DNA of 64,000 nucleotides from assembly GCF_006345805.1 (NCBI RefSeq), contig NC_043015.1, positions 49,848,001 through 49,912,000 of the forward strand, in the 5' to 3' direction. Below are positions 37,080 to 49,700 of the stretch, piece after piece. This DNA is from Octopus sinensis. Its lineage: Eukaryota. Each line of letters opens with the position of its first letter. The first letter of the stretch is position 1. The notes under the pieces were generated by a model. It ran no database searches. It had not been told where the DNA came from and saw only the letters and a program-made list of their open reading frames with translations. The position numbers and the translations under genes are program-made.

Positions 37080-37490
37080 AGTGCATGGCAGAAACATTAG
37101 CATGCCGGGCGAAATGTGTAGTTGTATTTCATCTGCCATTGCGTTCTGAGTTCAAATTCCACTAAGGTCGACTTTGCCTTTCATCCTTTTGGGGTTGATA
37201 AATTAAGTACCAGTTACGCACTGGGGTCGATATAATCGACTTAATCCCTTTGTCTGTCCTTGTTTGTCCCCTCTGTGTTTAGCCCTTTGTGGGTAGTAAA
37301 GAAATAGGTATTTCGACTGTCGTTACGTTCTGAGTTCAAATTCCGCCGAGGTCGACTTTGCCTTTCATCCTTTCGGAGTCGATAAATTAAGTACCAGTTT
37401 CGCACTGGGATCGATGTAATCAACTTAATCCCTTTGTCTGTCTTTGCTTGACCCCTCTATGTTTAGCTCCTTGTGGGCAGTAAAGAAATA
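37080..37490 (+). mobile_element. SINE family B, tandem body duplication
   Basis: Body repeated at ~37140 and ~37325. Confidence 0.85.
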
Positions 37491-37994
37491 TATAATGGAA
37501 TCCTATATTGGTAAGCATTTATAGACTACACTCCTGCTCCTCAGATACAAAATGTGAAATTTGTATAATTTATCGAAAGTTAGTTCCTTAAAAATATGAA
37601 GTAATATGGAAAAATGTTGTTTATTTGAAATATAAATTAAAAATTACTGCTTTTGATTTTGGTAACTACACTTTAGTATTAGAATCTTGAAATCCATATA
37701 TGTCTGTTGTGTAAGTCTTCCGTGTCCTGTATTCCAAATATAGTTCATAGATTTAGATAACATAAAATAAAATATATGTGAAAATTTTATGTGAAATTAT
37801 AAATGTAACCGTAAACAAATAGACGATTCTAAACCCACCTGCACCACCTCCACCACTTTGATCCCTGCCAACCTTATAACTCAATATCTGTCACCAAGAT
37901 ATTCGTTTACATTTATCTGTCTGATCATTCGTCTCTATCTCTCTCTCTCTCTCACTTTACAAGGGTGTCTGGGATGTGTGTGTGTATTTATCTT

Positions 37995-38114
37995 ATTTCT
38001 ATCTATCTATCTGTCTCGTCTGTCTGTCTATCTATCTATCTATCTATCTATCTATGTCTGTCTGTCTATCTATCTATCTATGTCTGTCGTCTATCTATCT
38101 ATCTATGTCTGTCG

Positions 38115-38189
<75 letters not shown>

Positions 38190-38194
38190 GTCTG

Positions 38195-38236
<42 letters not shown>

Positions 38237-38238
38237 CC

Positions 38239-38270
<32 letters not shown>

Positions 38271-38282
38271 TCTATCCCTCTG

Positions 38283-38336
<54 letters not shown>

Positions 38337-38454
38337 CCTCTGTCTGTCTATCTATCTATCTATCTATCCTTCTGTCTGTCTATCTATCTATCTATCCCTC
38401 TGTCTGTCTATCTATCTATCCTTCTGTCTGTCTATCTATCTATCTTTCTGTCTG

Positions 38455-38512
<58 letters not shown>

Positions 38513-38550
38513 CTTCTGTCTGTCTATCTATCTATCTATCTATCTATCTC
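37995..38550. repeat. (TATC)n tetranucleotide array with TCTG and CCCTCTGTC interruptions
   Basis: Seen directly. Confidence 0.95.
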
Positions 38551-38926
38551 AGTGATTGAACAACTAGGTAACTACACGGTCACTTGACGTGCTAGAAATA
38601 GCAACCAAATTATTTCCTATATATTGTCTTAAAAATAGAAGGCATCACATTGAACACTGTCTGGGTCTTACTAAAAAAAGCCTAATTTTAAAATTGTAAT
38701 TTCGGTAAATTTTCAAAACATTTACCGTAACTTCTTAATTGTTAATTTTAAGTAAAAAAAAATTAATCTAATTTTCAGCATACAAAAACAATATCAGAGG
38801 TTTTTTTGGGGTTTTTTTCAATAATCTGAAAAGAAATTTGAAAACCTTCAAGAGATTGAAAGAAATTTAGTCCCAGATATACTTAAAAAGAAGCGGTGGT
38901 TGCGACTGGAATGTCTCTGATCAAAG

Positions 38927-39237
38927 GGTACTACTAGCGAACAGTGGTCCCGGTACGCGCAGTCGCGCATCCGCGCCAGCTAGTCATGACTAGTCGATAC
39001 TTACTTTGTGTTTTTGTGTTATTTACTTTGTTTAAAAAATTATTTACTTTATGTTTTTGTGTTTTATATACTTTGCTTATCAAAAAATTATTTACTTTGT
39101 GTAAAAATATTATTTATTTTGTGTTTTATTTACTTTGCTAGGTAGTCGTTGTAGGATCGACTACTTACGACTAGCTATAGCGCGGATGCGTGACTGCGCG
39201 TTTGCGCGCACCGGGACCACTGTTCGCTAGTGGTACC
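38927..39237. mobile_element. MITE with ~60-bp GC-rich TIRs and a probable 9-bp TSD (MULE-like)
   Basis: GGTAC(T/C)ACTAGCGAACAGTGGTCCCGG TIRs; flanks TGATCAAAG (38918-38926) and TGATCGAAG (39238-39246). Confidence 0.7.
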
Positions 39238-40011
39238 TGATCGAAGTATAGGTTAGACGGATTAAATTTGGGCTGGGATTAAAAATACAACGGATCTTAG
39301 AAGTTGTACAAAACATGTCGAAGCGCAAAAGAAAGGTAGAAAAAAGAAAAGAACAAACGAAAGAAAGAATCCGTGTGTTATTTACCTGTGTTAATAAGAT
39401 TATGTCTACTTTTAGCTTCTTTGTATTCCTTCCTTAGATAACCTCGTGCAAGTGTCTGAGATTTACTCAGATACGAACAACTGGTTCACGGCAGCCGACA
39501 AGCGATTCTGTTATTTCTTCTCTTCCGATGTTTTTAAATTCCTATTTTCGCTATTCATTCGTTCTTGTTGCCATTATTCTTTAATATAGAACAAATAGGA
39601 ATGTTCCTTGTTGTTTCTAAGAAGCGGAGCAGGAATTCCAAAGAGAGGATGACCTCACAATTCAGTTAAACGATCCGAGATGGAAAGTAGAAGAATAGTA
39701 AGACAACACGAATTCACACGTGCGTGTGTGAGTGTGCGCGTGCGCGCGCTTGGTTAAAAGTGCAGGTGTGGCTTGTCTATCTTTAGCCTTTTTACTTCTT
39801 TCGCTCGGTGCACTGCGGCCATGCTGGGGCACCGCCTCGAAGTGTTTTAGCCGAACGAATCGACCCGGGAATTTTTTTCGTTTTTATTCTAATTCTATCG
39901 GTGTAGCTTTTGCCGAACGGCTATGTTACGGAGACGTGAACAAACCGATACCGGTTGTCAAGCGTTGGTGGGAGAAACACACACACACACACTCACACAC
40001 ATACACACACA

Positions 40012-40052
<41 letters not shown>

Positions 40053-40560
40053 ACACACAAAGACATACACACATAGTGCCGTCTTACGGCATCATCACAC
40101 GGGTCGGTTCCCCAGGGGTCCCAAGAATGCAGGGGCCCAATTTTGATCTCTGTATATCGTTGCTTCCTGTCAATAAATGAATACCTGAGGGCCCTGTACA
40201 GTGATTTACCCAGGGATTTATACTGTTGCTTAGTTGGCCCAAGTCTCGCGAGTGGATTGGAAACCGAAAGAAGCCCATCGTATATATGTATATATATACA
40301 TATGTATGTATGTATGTATGTATGCATGTATGTATGTATGTATGTATGCATGTATGCATGTATGTATGTATGCATGCATTCATGTATGTATGCATGTATG
40401 CATGTATATATGTATGTATGTATGTATGTATGCATGTATGTATGTATGTATATATGTATGTATGTATGTATGCATGCATGTATGTATGTATGTATGTATG
40501 TATGTATGTATGTATGTATGTATGTATGTATGTATGTATGTATGCATGTATGTATGCATG

Positions 40561-40977
40561 TGTAGTGATGCTACAGTGTAGGGTTCGGCGCGCATGCGCA
40601 GAATGGGACTACTTCCGGGTGGCCACCGGAAGTCTTCCCCATGCGCATGTGCGGGAAAACATCTCTCGAGCCCGCGAACCTCAAATCTCCCTCTTCGGCT
40701 CAAGACAGCACTGCGATCGGTCACGGTTTTCCTGGCTCTGACAGCCACACACCAACTTCAACCAACTTCAACCAACCTCAACGACCAACACCAGCAGTAT
40801 ATCAGAGGCTGTCTATTCCCCCATCAGACAACGTACAACCATGAATCAATAAACCAAGTGTCTGTTCACCTTTAACCTGAGTTTCGTCTGTTTGTTTTCT
40901 ACAAGAATTTTTGTATGTGACTAGAAAGGATCTCGACACCCTGCCAGTGCTTCGATGATAGATCCTTTCACGTTACA
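40561..40977 (+). repeat. 5' LTR (417 bp)
   Basis: TGTAGTGATGCTACAG...TTTCACGTTACA. Confidence 0.95.
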
Positions 40978-40979
40978 AT

Positions 40980-40989
40980 TGGTGACCCC
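40980..40989 (+). promoter_or_regulatory. Primer binding site, tRNA-Trp
   Basis: TGGTGACCCC, 2 nt after the LTR, complementary to the ...GGGGUCACCA 3' end of tRNA-Trp. Confidence 0.85.
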
Positions 40990-41362
40990 TAGTTGAAAAA
41001 AAGAACAGGATAGAAGAAGACACAGCGAACAGGTTTTTTTGGGGGCCGAAGAGCGCGGAAATTCACATTTATTTTCCTATTTTCTCCTTTTCAGCACGGC
41101 GAGGTGGGTCAAATAACCTTATTCACCGCACACAGTACAAAAAAAAAAAAAAGAAAGAAAAAAGAAAACACACACACATTCATTTTTTTTTTCCTTTTTG
41201 TATTTTGTTTTCCTTGTACACACTTATTCTTTTTTTTTTTTGCTACCCACGAGGTGCACACACAAACACAATTTTCAATTGCCTTCTCGGTTCCACGTGT
41301 TCTCTCTCCGTTTCTCGACCATACCTTCTGCCCCCTTCTCACAGACTCCTTCCGACAAAGGC

Positions 41363-42099
41363 ATGGCTTCAGGTTTGCCTTCATTTACGGGGGATGCGGG
41401 GCTGTGGTTTGCACAGGTGGAGTCACACTTTGCCGCGCATACCATTCCGCCACAACAGCAGTTACATCTACTGTTTTCAAGTTTGCCCTCCCGGCTCGCA
41501 ACATCGGTCAGGGATCTCATTGTGAGTCCCCATCCTGACCCACATATGCGTCAGTAAAGGAGGAGATCCTCCGTCGCAACACGCGCTCAGAGGAATGTCA
41601 TTTAATGAACTGATGGCCGACGAGCAGTTAGGGGACAGAACTCCATCCCAATTTCTGCGCCATCTAAGAGAGCTAAGCGCAACGCCGCTGACGCGCCGCT
41701 CTTACGCAAGATATTTTTCTCAAGGCTGCCTGCCCACGTGCAGACAATGTTGGCCACGGCACTGGATGCTGTGTCTGTGACCAGATCGCCACGATGGCCG
41801 ACAAAGTGTTGGAGTTTTCGCGCCCATCTCCCTCGCGGGGCCTGTACGCATGCACAGAGCCCCCCCGACCCCTCCGACGAACGATAAACTGGCGAGAACA
41901 TCGACGCGCTTACGCGGAGGATCGATGATCTGTGCCGTGCGATCGGACGCCAATCTCGTAGTCGCGTAGTAGCTCTATTTCCCGCAGTCGGAGTGACTCT
42001 GTTTCTGTTCCGGCTGGTGGCTGCTGGTACCATTCGAGATATGCCGAAAAGGCAGATCGGTGTACCCAGCCGTGCACTTTCAAGCCCTCGGAAAACTAA
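41363..42099 (+). pseudogene. gag: Gag (frameshifted in this sequence) with CHCC knuckle
   Basis: LPSFTGDAGLWFAQVESHF; LGDRTPSQFLRHLREL; LRKIFFSRLP; C-W-Y-H-x9-C-x3-C at 42022-42075; TAA at 42097-42099; start codon uncertain. Confidence 0.88.
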
Positions 42100-45000
42100 A
42101 TCCGGAGGAGGTGAGCACGTCACCTTCTTCCATCTCGTTTCCCAAACATCGTGCATTCTATGTAAAAGATCTGGTGTCGGAGAAATTCTTCATGGTAGAC
42201 ACCGGCTCCTGTTGCAGCATCTGGCCCCTTCGTCTGGCTGCAGACAAGCCCAAGCGCTCTTCGATTGTCTTGCATGCTATTGACTCGTCTCCCATAACCA
42301 CTTACGGTCAGGTTTCGCTGCGCCTCAACCTCAACCTTCGTCGAGATTTTCGATGGGTTTTCGTCATCGCTGACATCCCACATCCTATTCTCGGCGCTGA
42401 TTTCCTGGATAGGTTTAACCTATTGGTGGATGTCAGGCGTCGGAGGCTTCTTGATAGCACGACGTCGCTCTCTACACCGACTGGGAGTTCCACCACTGCG
42501 GTCCTTAGCCCGACATTCTTTGTTGCCACCTCTGGAGACCCTTTTCACTCTCTTTTGGTTTCATTTCCGGAGCTAGTGGACATTGCCTTTAAACCGGAAA
42601 ATCCTACCCACTCGACCCTCCATTTCATCACCACCAATGGGCCACCTGTATTCTCACGCCCCCGGCGCTTAGCGCCAGACCGACTTAAAACGGCCAGAGC
42701 CGAGTTTGAGCACATGCTTCAACTTGGCCTTATACGCCCCTCCACCAGCCCATGGGCATCTCCCCTTCATTTGGCGCGAAAGGGCGAGTCTGATTTTCGC
42801 CCGGTTGGAGACTATCGACGCCTCAATGCCGTACAATAGCCGATCGCTATCCGATTAGAATCTCCGGGACTTTACAGCAAATCTCCATGGTTGTACCATT
42901 TTTTCGAAGGTCGATCTGATACGCGCTTACCACCAAATACCGGTCAACCCAGCCGACGTTCCAAAAACTGCAATCACTACCCCGTTTGGGTGTTGTTTTT
43001 GTTTTGTACATGAGTTTCGGTTTGCGGAATGCTACTAGCACCTTCCAGCGTTTCATTGATGAGGTTGTCCGCGGTCTTGATTTTGTGTTTGCCTATGTCG
43101 ATGACATACTCATTGCGAGCGACACACGAGAAAATCATCTCCGGCACCTTTCTCAACTCTTCCAGCGTCTTCGCGCGTATAGCATACGCATAAACCCCGA
43201 CGAGTGTGTTTTCGGACGCTCTTCCCTAGATTTTCTAGGGCATCATATTGATTCGACTGGAATCAGCCCCCTCTCGTCAAAAGTCGATGCCATTCAACGC
43301 ATCGCCCACCCCCACTTCCTTGCGCCAGCTCAGGCATTATCTAGGGATGGTCAATTTCTACCGACGCTTCATTCCCGGTTGTGCAGATAAGCTGCTACCT
43401 CTCACCAGGCTGTTAAAGGACTCTCCTAGAAAGGACAGTCAAGTCACCCTCTCTGTTGAGGCAGTGACAGCCTTTGAGTCCATTAAGAAGGAGCTGGCTT
43501 CTGTTTCTTTGCTTGCACATCCAGTTCCTGGTGCTTCTCTCTCTTTGACTGTGGACGCATCGGACACTGCGATTGGCGCTGTGTTACAACACACAGTGGA
43601 TGACCATGTTCGACCTCTAGCCTTCTTTTCCCGTCAACTGCAACCAGCTGAACGACGATACAGCACCTTTGATCGTGAGCTCCTAGCGATCTATCTATCG
43701 GTTCGTCATTTCCAGCATCAACTTGAAGGGCGAGATTTTGTGATCTATACGGATCACAAGCCCCTTACGTTTGCCTGTTTTCAAAAACGGACAAACTCTC
43801 ACCCCGTGCTTTTCGGCACCTGGATTTTATCTCTCAATTTACTAGCAACATTCGACACATACCTGGAAAAGAGAACGTTCCTGCTGACGCTCTCTCTCGC
43901 CTTCCAGTTTGCGCCCTTTCGTCTCCTGCTGCTATCGACTTAGCTGCCATATCGCAGGAGCAGCCAACTTTGGCGTCGTTAGATTTAACTTCTCCCAAGT
44001 TCTCCTGTTGCCAGTTTTCCTACCTTCCGCTTCCGTCAGCCGAAGGCACCATTCTTTGTGACACTTCAACTGGATCTCCCAGGCCACTGGTGCCTGAGAC
44101 CCATCAACGCTCAGTGTTTGAAGCACTGCACTCCTTATCACATCCTGGCATCGCTGCCACCCTCAAACTAATCACTGCTCGGTTTTTCTGGCCGAATATG
44201 CGTCGCACAATTACTTGTTGGACACGCACCTGCTCCAAGTGTCAACGATCCAAGATTCAACGGCACGTTCGTGCCCCGCTTGGACAATTTCCCCCCACGG
44301 AGGCCCGTTTTCGCCATGTCCACATCGATCTGGTTGGACCATGGCCTGTGAGTCGCGGGTTCTCTTATCTATTAACTTGTGTCGATCGTTTCTCCCGCTG
44401 GCCAGAAGCCATTCCGATAGCAGACATTTCTGCTGAGACTGTTGCGCGAGCTTTCGTTTCAAACTGGATATCTCGCTTCGGAGTCCCGTCCCGATTGACA
44501 ACTGATCGTGGACGACAGTTTGAGGCCTCGCTATTTCGCGAATTGTCGCGAATTTTGGGTATGCACCATATACCACACCACAAGCTACCATCCAGCGTCT
44601 AATGGATTGGTTGAGCGGTTCCATAGACAGCTCAAGGCCGCTCTTCGTGCCTCTTCGGACCCACAGTCCTGATCGAATTTCTGCCCATTGTGCTTCTCGG
44701 CTGTCGGACTGCTGTCAAGGCAGACCTGGGGTTTTCTGCTGCAGAGCTGCTGTATGGTACCACACTGGCATTGCCCGGTACGATGTTGGTGCCAGACACT
44801 TCCCCGCCCCATGATCCGGCGACCTATGTCACCAGACTGCGGGAATATTTTTCAAACCTTCCGCCCATGCTTCCCAGAAAGCAATCTCCCCCGTCCCATC
44901 TTCCACCGGATATGAACACCTGGTCGCATGTTTTTGTTCGGGACGATTCTGTGAAGGGCCCACTTGTTTCTCCCTATAAAGGACCTTTTCGTGTGCTTTC

Positions 45001-45328
45001 TCGCACACCAAAGGTTTTCACGATTGAGATAAATGGTCGTTCGGAGACCGTTTCCGTGGACCGTTTAAAAAAGGCACATTTTGAGACGTCTTCATCTTTT
45101 GATGACAACCTTGAAACACCCACCTATGCACCCTTAACAACACCTTCACCTGCACAAAAACGCCTTCACCTGCACAAACACCTTCACCGGCTCCTACAAC
45201 ACCACCCTCGCCGTCAACGGGTGCCCCGAGCACACCGTATGTTACAAAATCGGGCAGAACAGTGCATTGGCCCAAGAAACTTTCAAAAACAATTTACATT
45301 TAACTTTAAAATGTTTCTTATTGTATAA
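42060..45328 (+). pseudogene. pol: Pol polyprotein (protease, RT, RNase H, integrase with GPY/F), split by small indels
   Basis: VDTGS; SPWASPL/DYRRLN; AYVDDIL; VDAS...DRELLA...TDHKPL; [33 protein letters not shown]; YKGPF. Confidence 0.93.
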
Positions 45329-45415
45329 TAGTATGTCCAAGTCTTATGGGGGATCGGCAAGCCTTCTGTTTTCTGCAGCACCACCACAATATTCTGGTTG
45401 CCGTACTTCGCACTC

Positions 45416-45427
45416 GGAGGGGAGCCC
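45416..45427 (+). promoter_or_regulatory. Polypurine tract
   Basis: GGAGGGGAG(CCC) immediately before the 3' LTR. Confidence 0.8.
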
Positions 45428-45845
45428 TGTAGTGATGCTACAGTGTGTAGGGTTCGGCGCGCATGCGCAGAATGGGACTACTTCCGGGTGGCCACCGGAA
45501 GTCTTCCCCATGCGCATGTGCGGAAAACATCTCTCGAGCCCGCGAACCTCAAATCTCCCTCTTCGGCTCAAGACAGCACTGCGATCGGTCACGGTTTTCC
45601 TGGCTCTGACAGCCACACACCCACTTCAACCAACTTCAACCAACCTCAACGACCAACACCAGCAGTATATCAGAGGCTGTCTATTCCCCCATCAGACAAC
45701 GTACAACCATGAATCAATAAAACAAGTTGTCTGTTCACCTTTAACCTGAGTTTCGTCTGTTTGTTTTCTACAAGAATTTTTGTATGTGACTAGAAAGGAT
45801 CTCGAACCCTGCCAGTGCTTCGATGATAGATCCTTTCACGTTACA
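45428..45845 (+). repeat. 3' LTR (418 bp)
   Basis: Near-identical to the 5' LTR; I counted about 2 substitutions and 4 small indels. Confidence 0.95.
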
Positions 45846-46158
45846 CATGCATGTATGTATGTGTGTGTGTCTCTGTGTTTGTCCCCCAACCATCGCTTGA
45901 CACCAGATGGTGTGTTTACGTCCCCATAACTTAGCGGTTTGGCAAAAAAGACCAATAGAATAAGTACTAGGCTTACAAAGACTAAATACTGGGGTCGATA
46001 AATTCGACTAAAGGCAGTCCTCCAGCATGGCCGCAGTCAAATGATTAAAACAAGTAAAAGAGTAAAAGATATATATAGATAGATAGAGAGACGTGTGTGT
46101 GTGTATGTAAATATAAGTTCGCACCGTAATATCGACAATAGAAAATAGTCTATTGGAG

Positions 46159-46357
46159 CAATGGTTACCAGCCCGTGGTCCGTGGACCCCTAGCGATCCG
46201 CAAAGGTGGTACTGGGGGTCCGTGAACTAAATTCAAAATTTCATACACGCGCGCGCGCACACACACACACATAAGGATAGGCATATTAAAAGGAGTCAGT
46301 GGGAAACCTCATTTGAATAAAAGTGGTCCTTGGTAGAGAAGAGGCTGGGAACCACTG
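46159..46357. mobile_element. hAT (Charlie-like) MITE
   Basis: CAATGGTTACCAGCC / GGCTGGGAACCACTG; flanks TATTGGAG and TATTAGAA. Confidence 0.7.
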
Positions 46358-46603
46358 TATTAGAACATTTAAACCCACTTCGGAAAAAAGTGGGCATTAG
46401 TACGCGTGGGAGTAACCCCCACCCCCACCCCCGCCCGCCCGCCATATAACCACAATTACAGCATGCCTCTTCATTTTATTTTCTGAAACAAAGATTGTGC
46501 AGAATTAGTAAAAAATGCAGCAATGACAAAAAAAAAATGTATTCCTCAAATATCTTACGCACCCTGTATATATGTGTATGTATATGTTTTGTTTTGTCAC
46601 TTG

Positions 46604-46950
46604 GAATGGATCCAGAAGACATAGAAACCCTTGCGTCGGATCGAGCTGGATGGCGAACAAAAGTGTGGAGTGGAGTGAAAGCATTTGAAGAGGCCAGGAT
46701 AGACTCAAAAGAGATCTAAGGAAGAATGTTACGGTCGAGAAGGTGAATGACAATGACCTTTTTGTGTGCACAATTTGTAACAGACCATGCCTTTCTTTTG
46801 CTCGGCTCAAATCTCATTTGCGAACGCATGGAAAACGAACCGCCACGAACTATTCTGCCTATATGTCTGTGTACACCTTTGAATGCAGTGTTTGCCAGAA
46901 GGTTTGCAAATCTAACGGAGGCCTCAAAAGACATTTTAATATCCACAAAG
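46604..46950 (+). mobile_element. RTE LINE C-terminal fragment with two C2H2 zinc fingers
   Basis: ETLASDRAGWRTKVWSGVKAFEE then CTICNRPCLSFARLKSHLRTH and CSVCQKVCKSNGGLKRHFNIH. Confidence 0.75.
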
Positions 46951-47099
46951 ATCAGAAATTATCTGCAGCTCTTGGCGGTCCATAGATTTTCTATGTGGAT
47001 GTCTTTTCAGAACATTGCCTGGTTTTAAAAGACACATCAGACACTATGATGGTGCAAAGGTGTAGGTACAGGGGGTGGTCAAACACTGTATAAGAATTA

Positions 47100-47395
47100 G
47101 ATAACCACCGTATATGACATATACATGAAAATATATATAATATTCTGTTGTGTCTGAGGAGAGTCATTTTCGTTTTGTGCCTTATAATGTAACACACTCA
47201 CCGGTAAAATTTCCACTTATTTCTTATTTTTATTTTCCTAAAATTTTGGTTGCGTCTTGCAACCTTTTCGATAGTCTTGACTAAAGAAAATGACTCTCCC
47301 CAGACACAACAGAATATGCTTCAACACACGAACTCATATAAAGAATCTTGCAAACCAAATCCAAAAACGAAATATATATAATATATTTTTTATAA
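47100..47395. mobile_element. Penelope-like terminal repeat fragments, inverted arrangement (same family as 60425-60755)
   Basis: Shared GGAGAGTCATTT..GTAACACACTCACCGGTAAAATTT..GTTGCGTCTTGCAACC; degenerate hammerhead-like motif on the minus strand at 47238-47274. Confidence 0.6.
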
Positions 47396-48203
47396 ACACC
47401 ACACCTTCAGCTTGGTCTTGTTTCCAGATGAAACGCCTACTTATTTATTTATTTCTTATATTTATTGTATCTTATTTCCATTTTTTTTTTCTTTTCCCTT
47501 ATAAACCAAACTTTCTCCTTACACACGATCAAACGAATTTTTGATGTCGCGGTGGTCGATATCATGTTTCATTTTTCCGAAGTCGATATCAAAGTATTGT
47601 AGAACCAGCGAAGTACTGACATCGGATCGATTTTTTGCACTTTTAGCGTTTACTTGTTTCAGTCATTGGACTGCGGCCGTGCTGGGGCACTGCCTTACAG
47701 AGTTAAGTCGAACAGATCGACTCCAGTACATAATTTCTGTTTTGTTTTGTTTTGCTTTTTTGTAGTCTGATACTTATTGTATCGGTTTCACTTTTGCCGA
47801 ACCGCTAGATCAAGGGGAACGTAAACAAACCAACACCGGTTGTCAAACAGCGGTAGAGGACAAACGCGCGCGCACACGCACATACACTCACGCACACACA
47901 CACACGCGTGCACATATACACACGCGCACGCACACACACATACACACACGTGCGAACACATACACAGCAAAGAGAAAAAAAATTGATTTTTCTTTGTAAT
48001 CTAAACTACAACGAAAACTTTTACGGATTCCTTGTAAAGCTAAATATTCGCTCGGGCTGAGGGGGGAACCAGGGTCGTGTAAAAATTATTATGGCGTGGC
48101 AAATAGTGAGGGAAAAATAACGTTTTCAACTTATGGTGAGTATTGAACATTAAAACTTCTATATGTCTTAATTGCCATCTATCGATATATGTATGTAAAA
48201 TGC

Positions 48204-48592
48204 AGTGTACATTTAAACACATTAAGAGGTATCCATCATAGGACTTCCTTACGCTAGAAGGGACAGCTAAAGTTCAAACCACCAATTAGGGATAAAATCT
48301 CGAAAGGAATTAAAAATAAAAACATTTACCATCTATTTCCCGGACCATGGTTTCAGACGTTTTTTAGCAAATAAAATAATTTGCCAGGCGAAGTCTTCGT
48401 CAGCAGGTACGCCAAGATTAAACATATAAGTACGAGGCGAATCCAGCATGTGCCACTTGCTCATAACATTTTAATTTTTTTAATCCACCGCGCAAGCGCA
48501 GTTTTTTGTCAGCAGTAAAAAAATGCCGGCTGTTCCTTCTAGCGTAAGGGAGTCCTATGATGGATACCTGTTAATGTATTTAAATGTGCACT
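48204..48592. mobile_element. MITE with ~64-bp TIRs
   Basis: AGTG(T/C)ACATTTAAA.ACATTAA.AGGTATCCATCATAGGACT.CCTTACGCTAGAAGG.ACAGC at both ends, inverted. Confidence 0.75.
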
Positions 48593-48756
48593 ATATTTTA
48601 TATGAATAATATATAGTCTATTGACTGGTTTTTCTATACGCTAGGCCACTGGTAGTAAATATTTCTAAAATCTTTATTATCCTGATATTATTAATTAGAT
48701 GTATGTATGTATGTATGTATGTATGTATGTATGTATGTATGTATGTATGTATGTAG

Positions 48757-49700
48757 GACATCATTCTTCACCCTACGAGATGTCTTCGAGTGTACCACAG
48801 GGATCCGTTCTTGGACTCCTACTGTTTGTTGTATATATTAATGGCATAGATACCAACTTAGTGTTGAATTATGCAGATGACATCAAGCTGTACTTCGAGA
48901 TAAAAAGAGCAGATTCTATGCGCTATAGATCTTTCCTGCAACAGACCTGGACACAATGCAAGCATTGGATTTCTGACTGGCAACTTAAGCTAGCTGTGAA
49001 CAATTGCGTCACCATACACTTTGAGGGGGAAAAAACCCAGACTTTATATAGTCCCTCAACAACACCAATCTCAAAACGTCTGCTAGTGATCTGGGTGTTA
49101 TTGTAAACAGCGATCTGCGTTGGACAAACCACATCTCTAAGATTGTCAAAAAGGTTGAGGGTATCCAAATATCACTCAGTAAGAGTTTTCTCGGCCGCTC
49201 TCTAGCTAAAACTGTATATGACAATGGTACGTCCGCTCTTTGAATTTGCATCACCAGTCTTGAACCCCTATCAGACTCAGCATATAAATCTCCTGGAAAC
49301 TGTTCAGAAACGTGCAACAAAACGAATACCCACCGTCAGGCATCTACCATAGCCTGAACGTCTTGCTTCCCTGGGCATGAACACATTGAAGCTCAGACGT
49401 CTGGCAACTAACTTGGCAGACACCAGCAAGATTATCCACCATCTTTCCAACAGCACCATTTTGAATTCCACATGACAAGCACTCGTGGACATGCTTACAA
49501 AATCAGAAAACAACACAGCACCCATAACTTGCGGAAACATTTTTCACGCTCAGAATTGCTGAAGCATGGATTAAACTATTCATATCAGTCGTTAGCTGTC
49601 GAGACACTACATCCTTCAAAACTTCCATGCTTCCTGAATCCACCAACAGTACACCTGACGGCCTTTCTTTCATTTTTCTTAGTTGTAGTGCACCTGAGTA
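48757..49700 (+). pseudogene. CR1 LINE 3' part: RT domain to 3' UTR, degenerate
   Basis: SVPQGSVLGLLLF..YING..NYADDIKLY; TSTRGHAYKIRKQHS..RKHF. Confidence 0.9.

Larger units (their letters stand above)
40561..45845 (+). mobile_element. Full-length Ty3/gypsy LTR retrotransposon, CsRn1 clade
   Basis: Paired LTRs TGT..ACA, 4-bp TSD CATG (40557-40560 and 45846-45849), tRNA-Trp PBS, PPT, CHCC Gag, PR-RT-RH-IN order. Confidence 0.95.

Noticed and set aside
41602-45328. Antisense ORFs across the retrotransposon (e.g. 41602..42156, 44211..44624)
   Set aside because: Shadow ORFs of GC-richer coding sequence; no env-like or independent motif.
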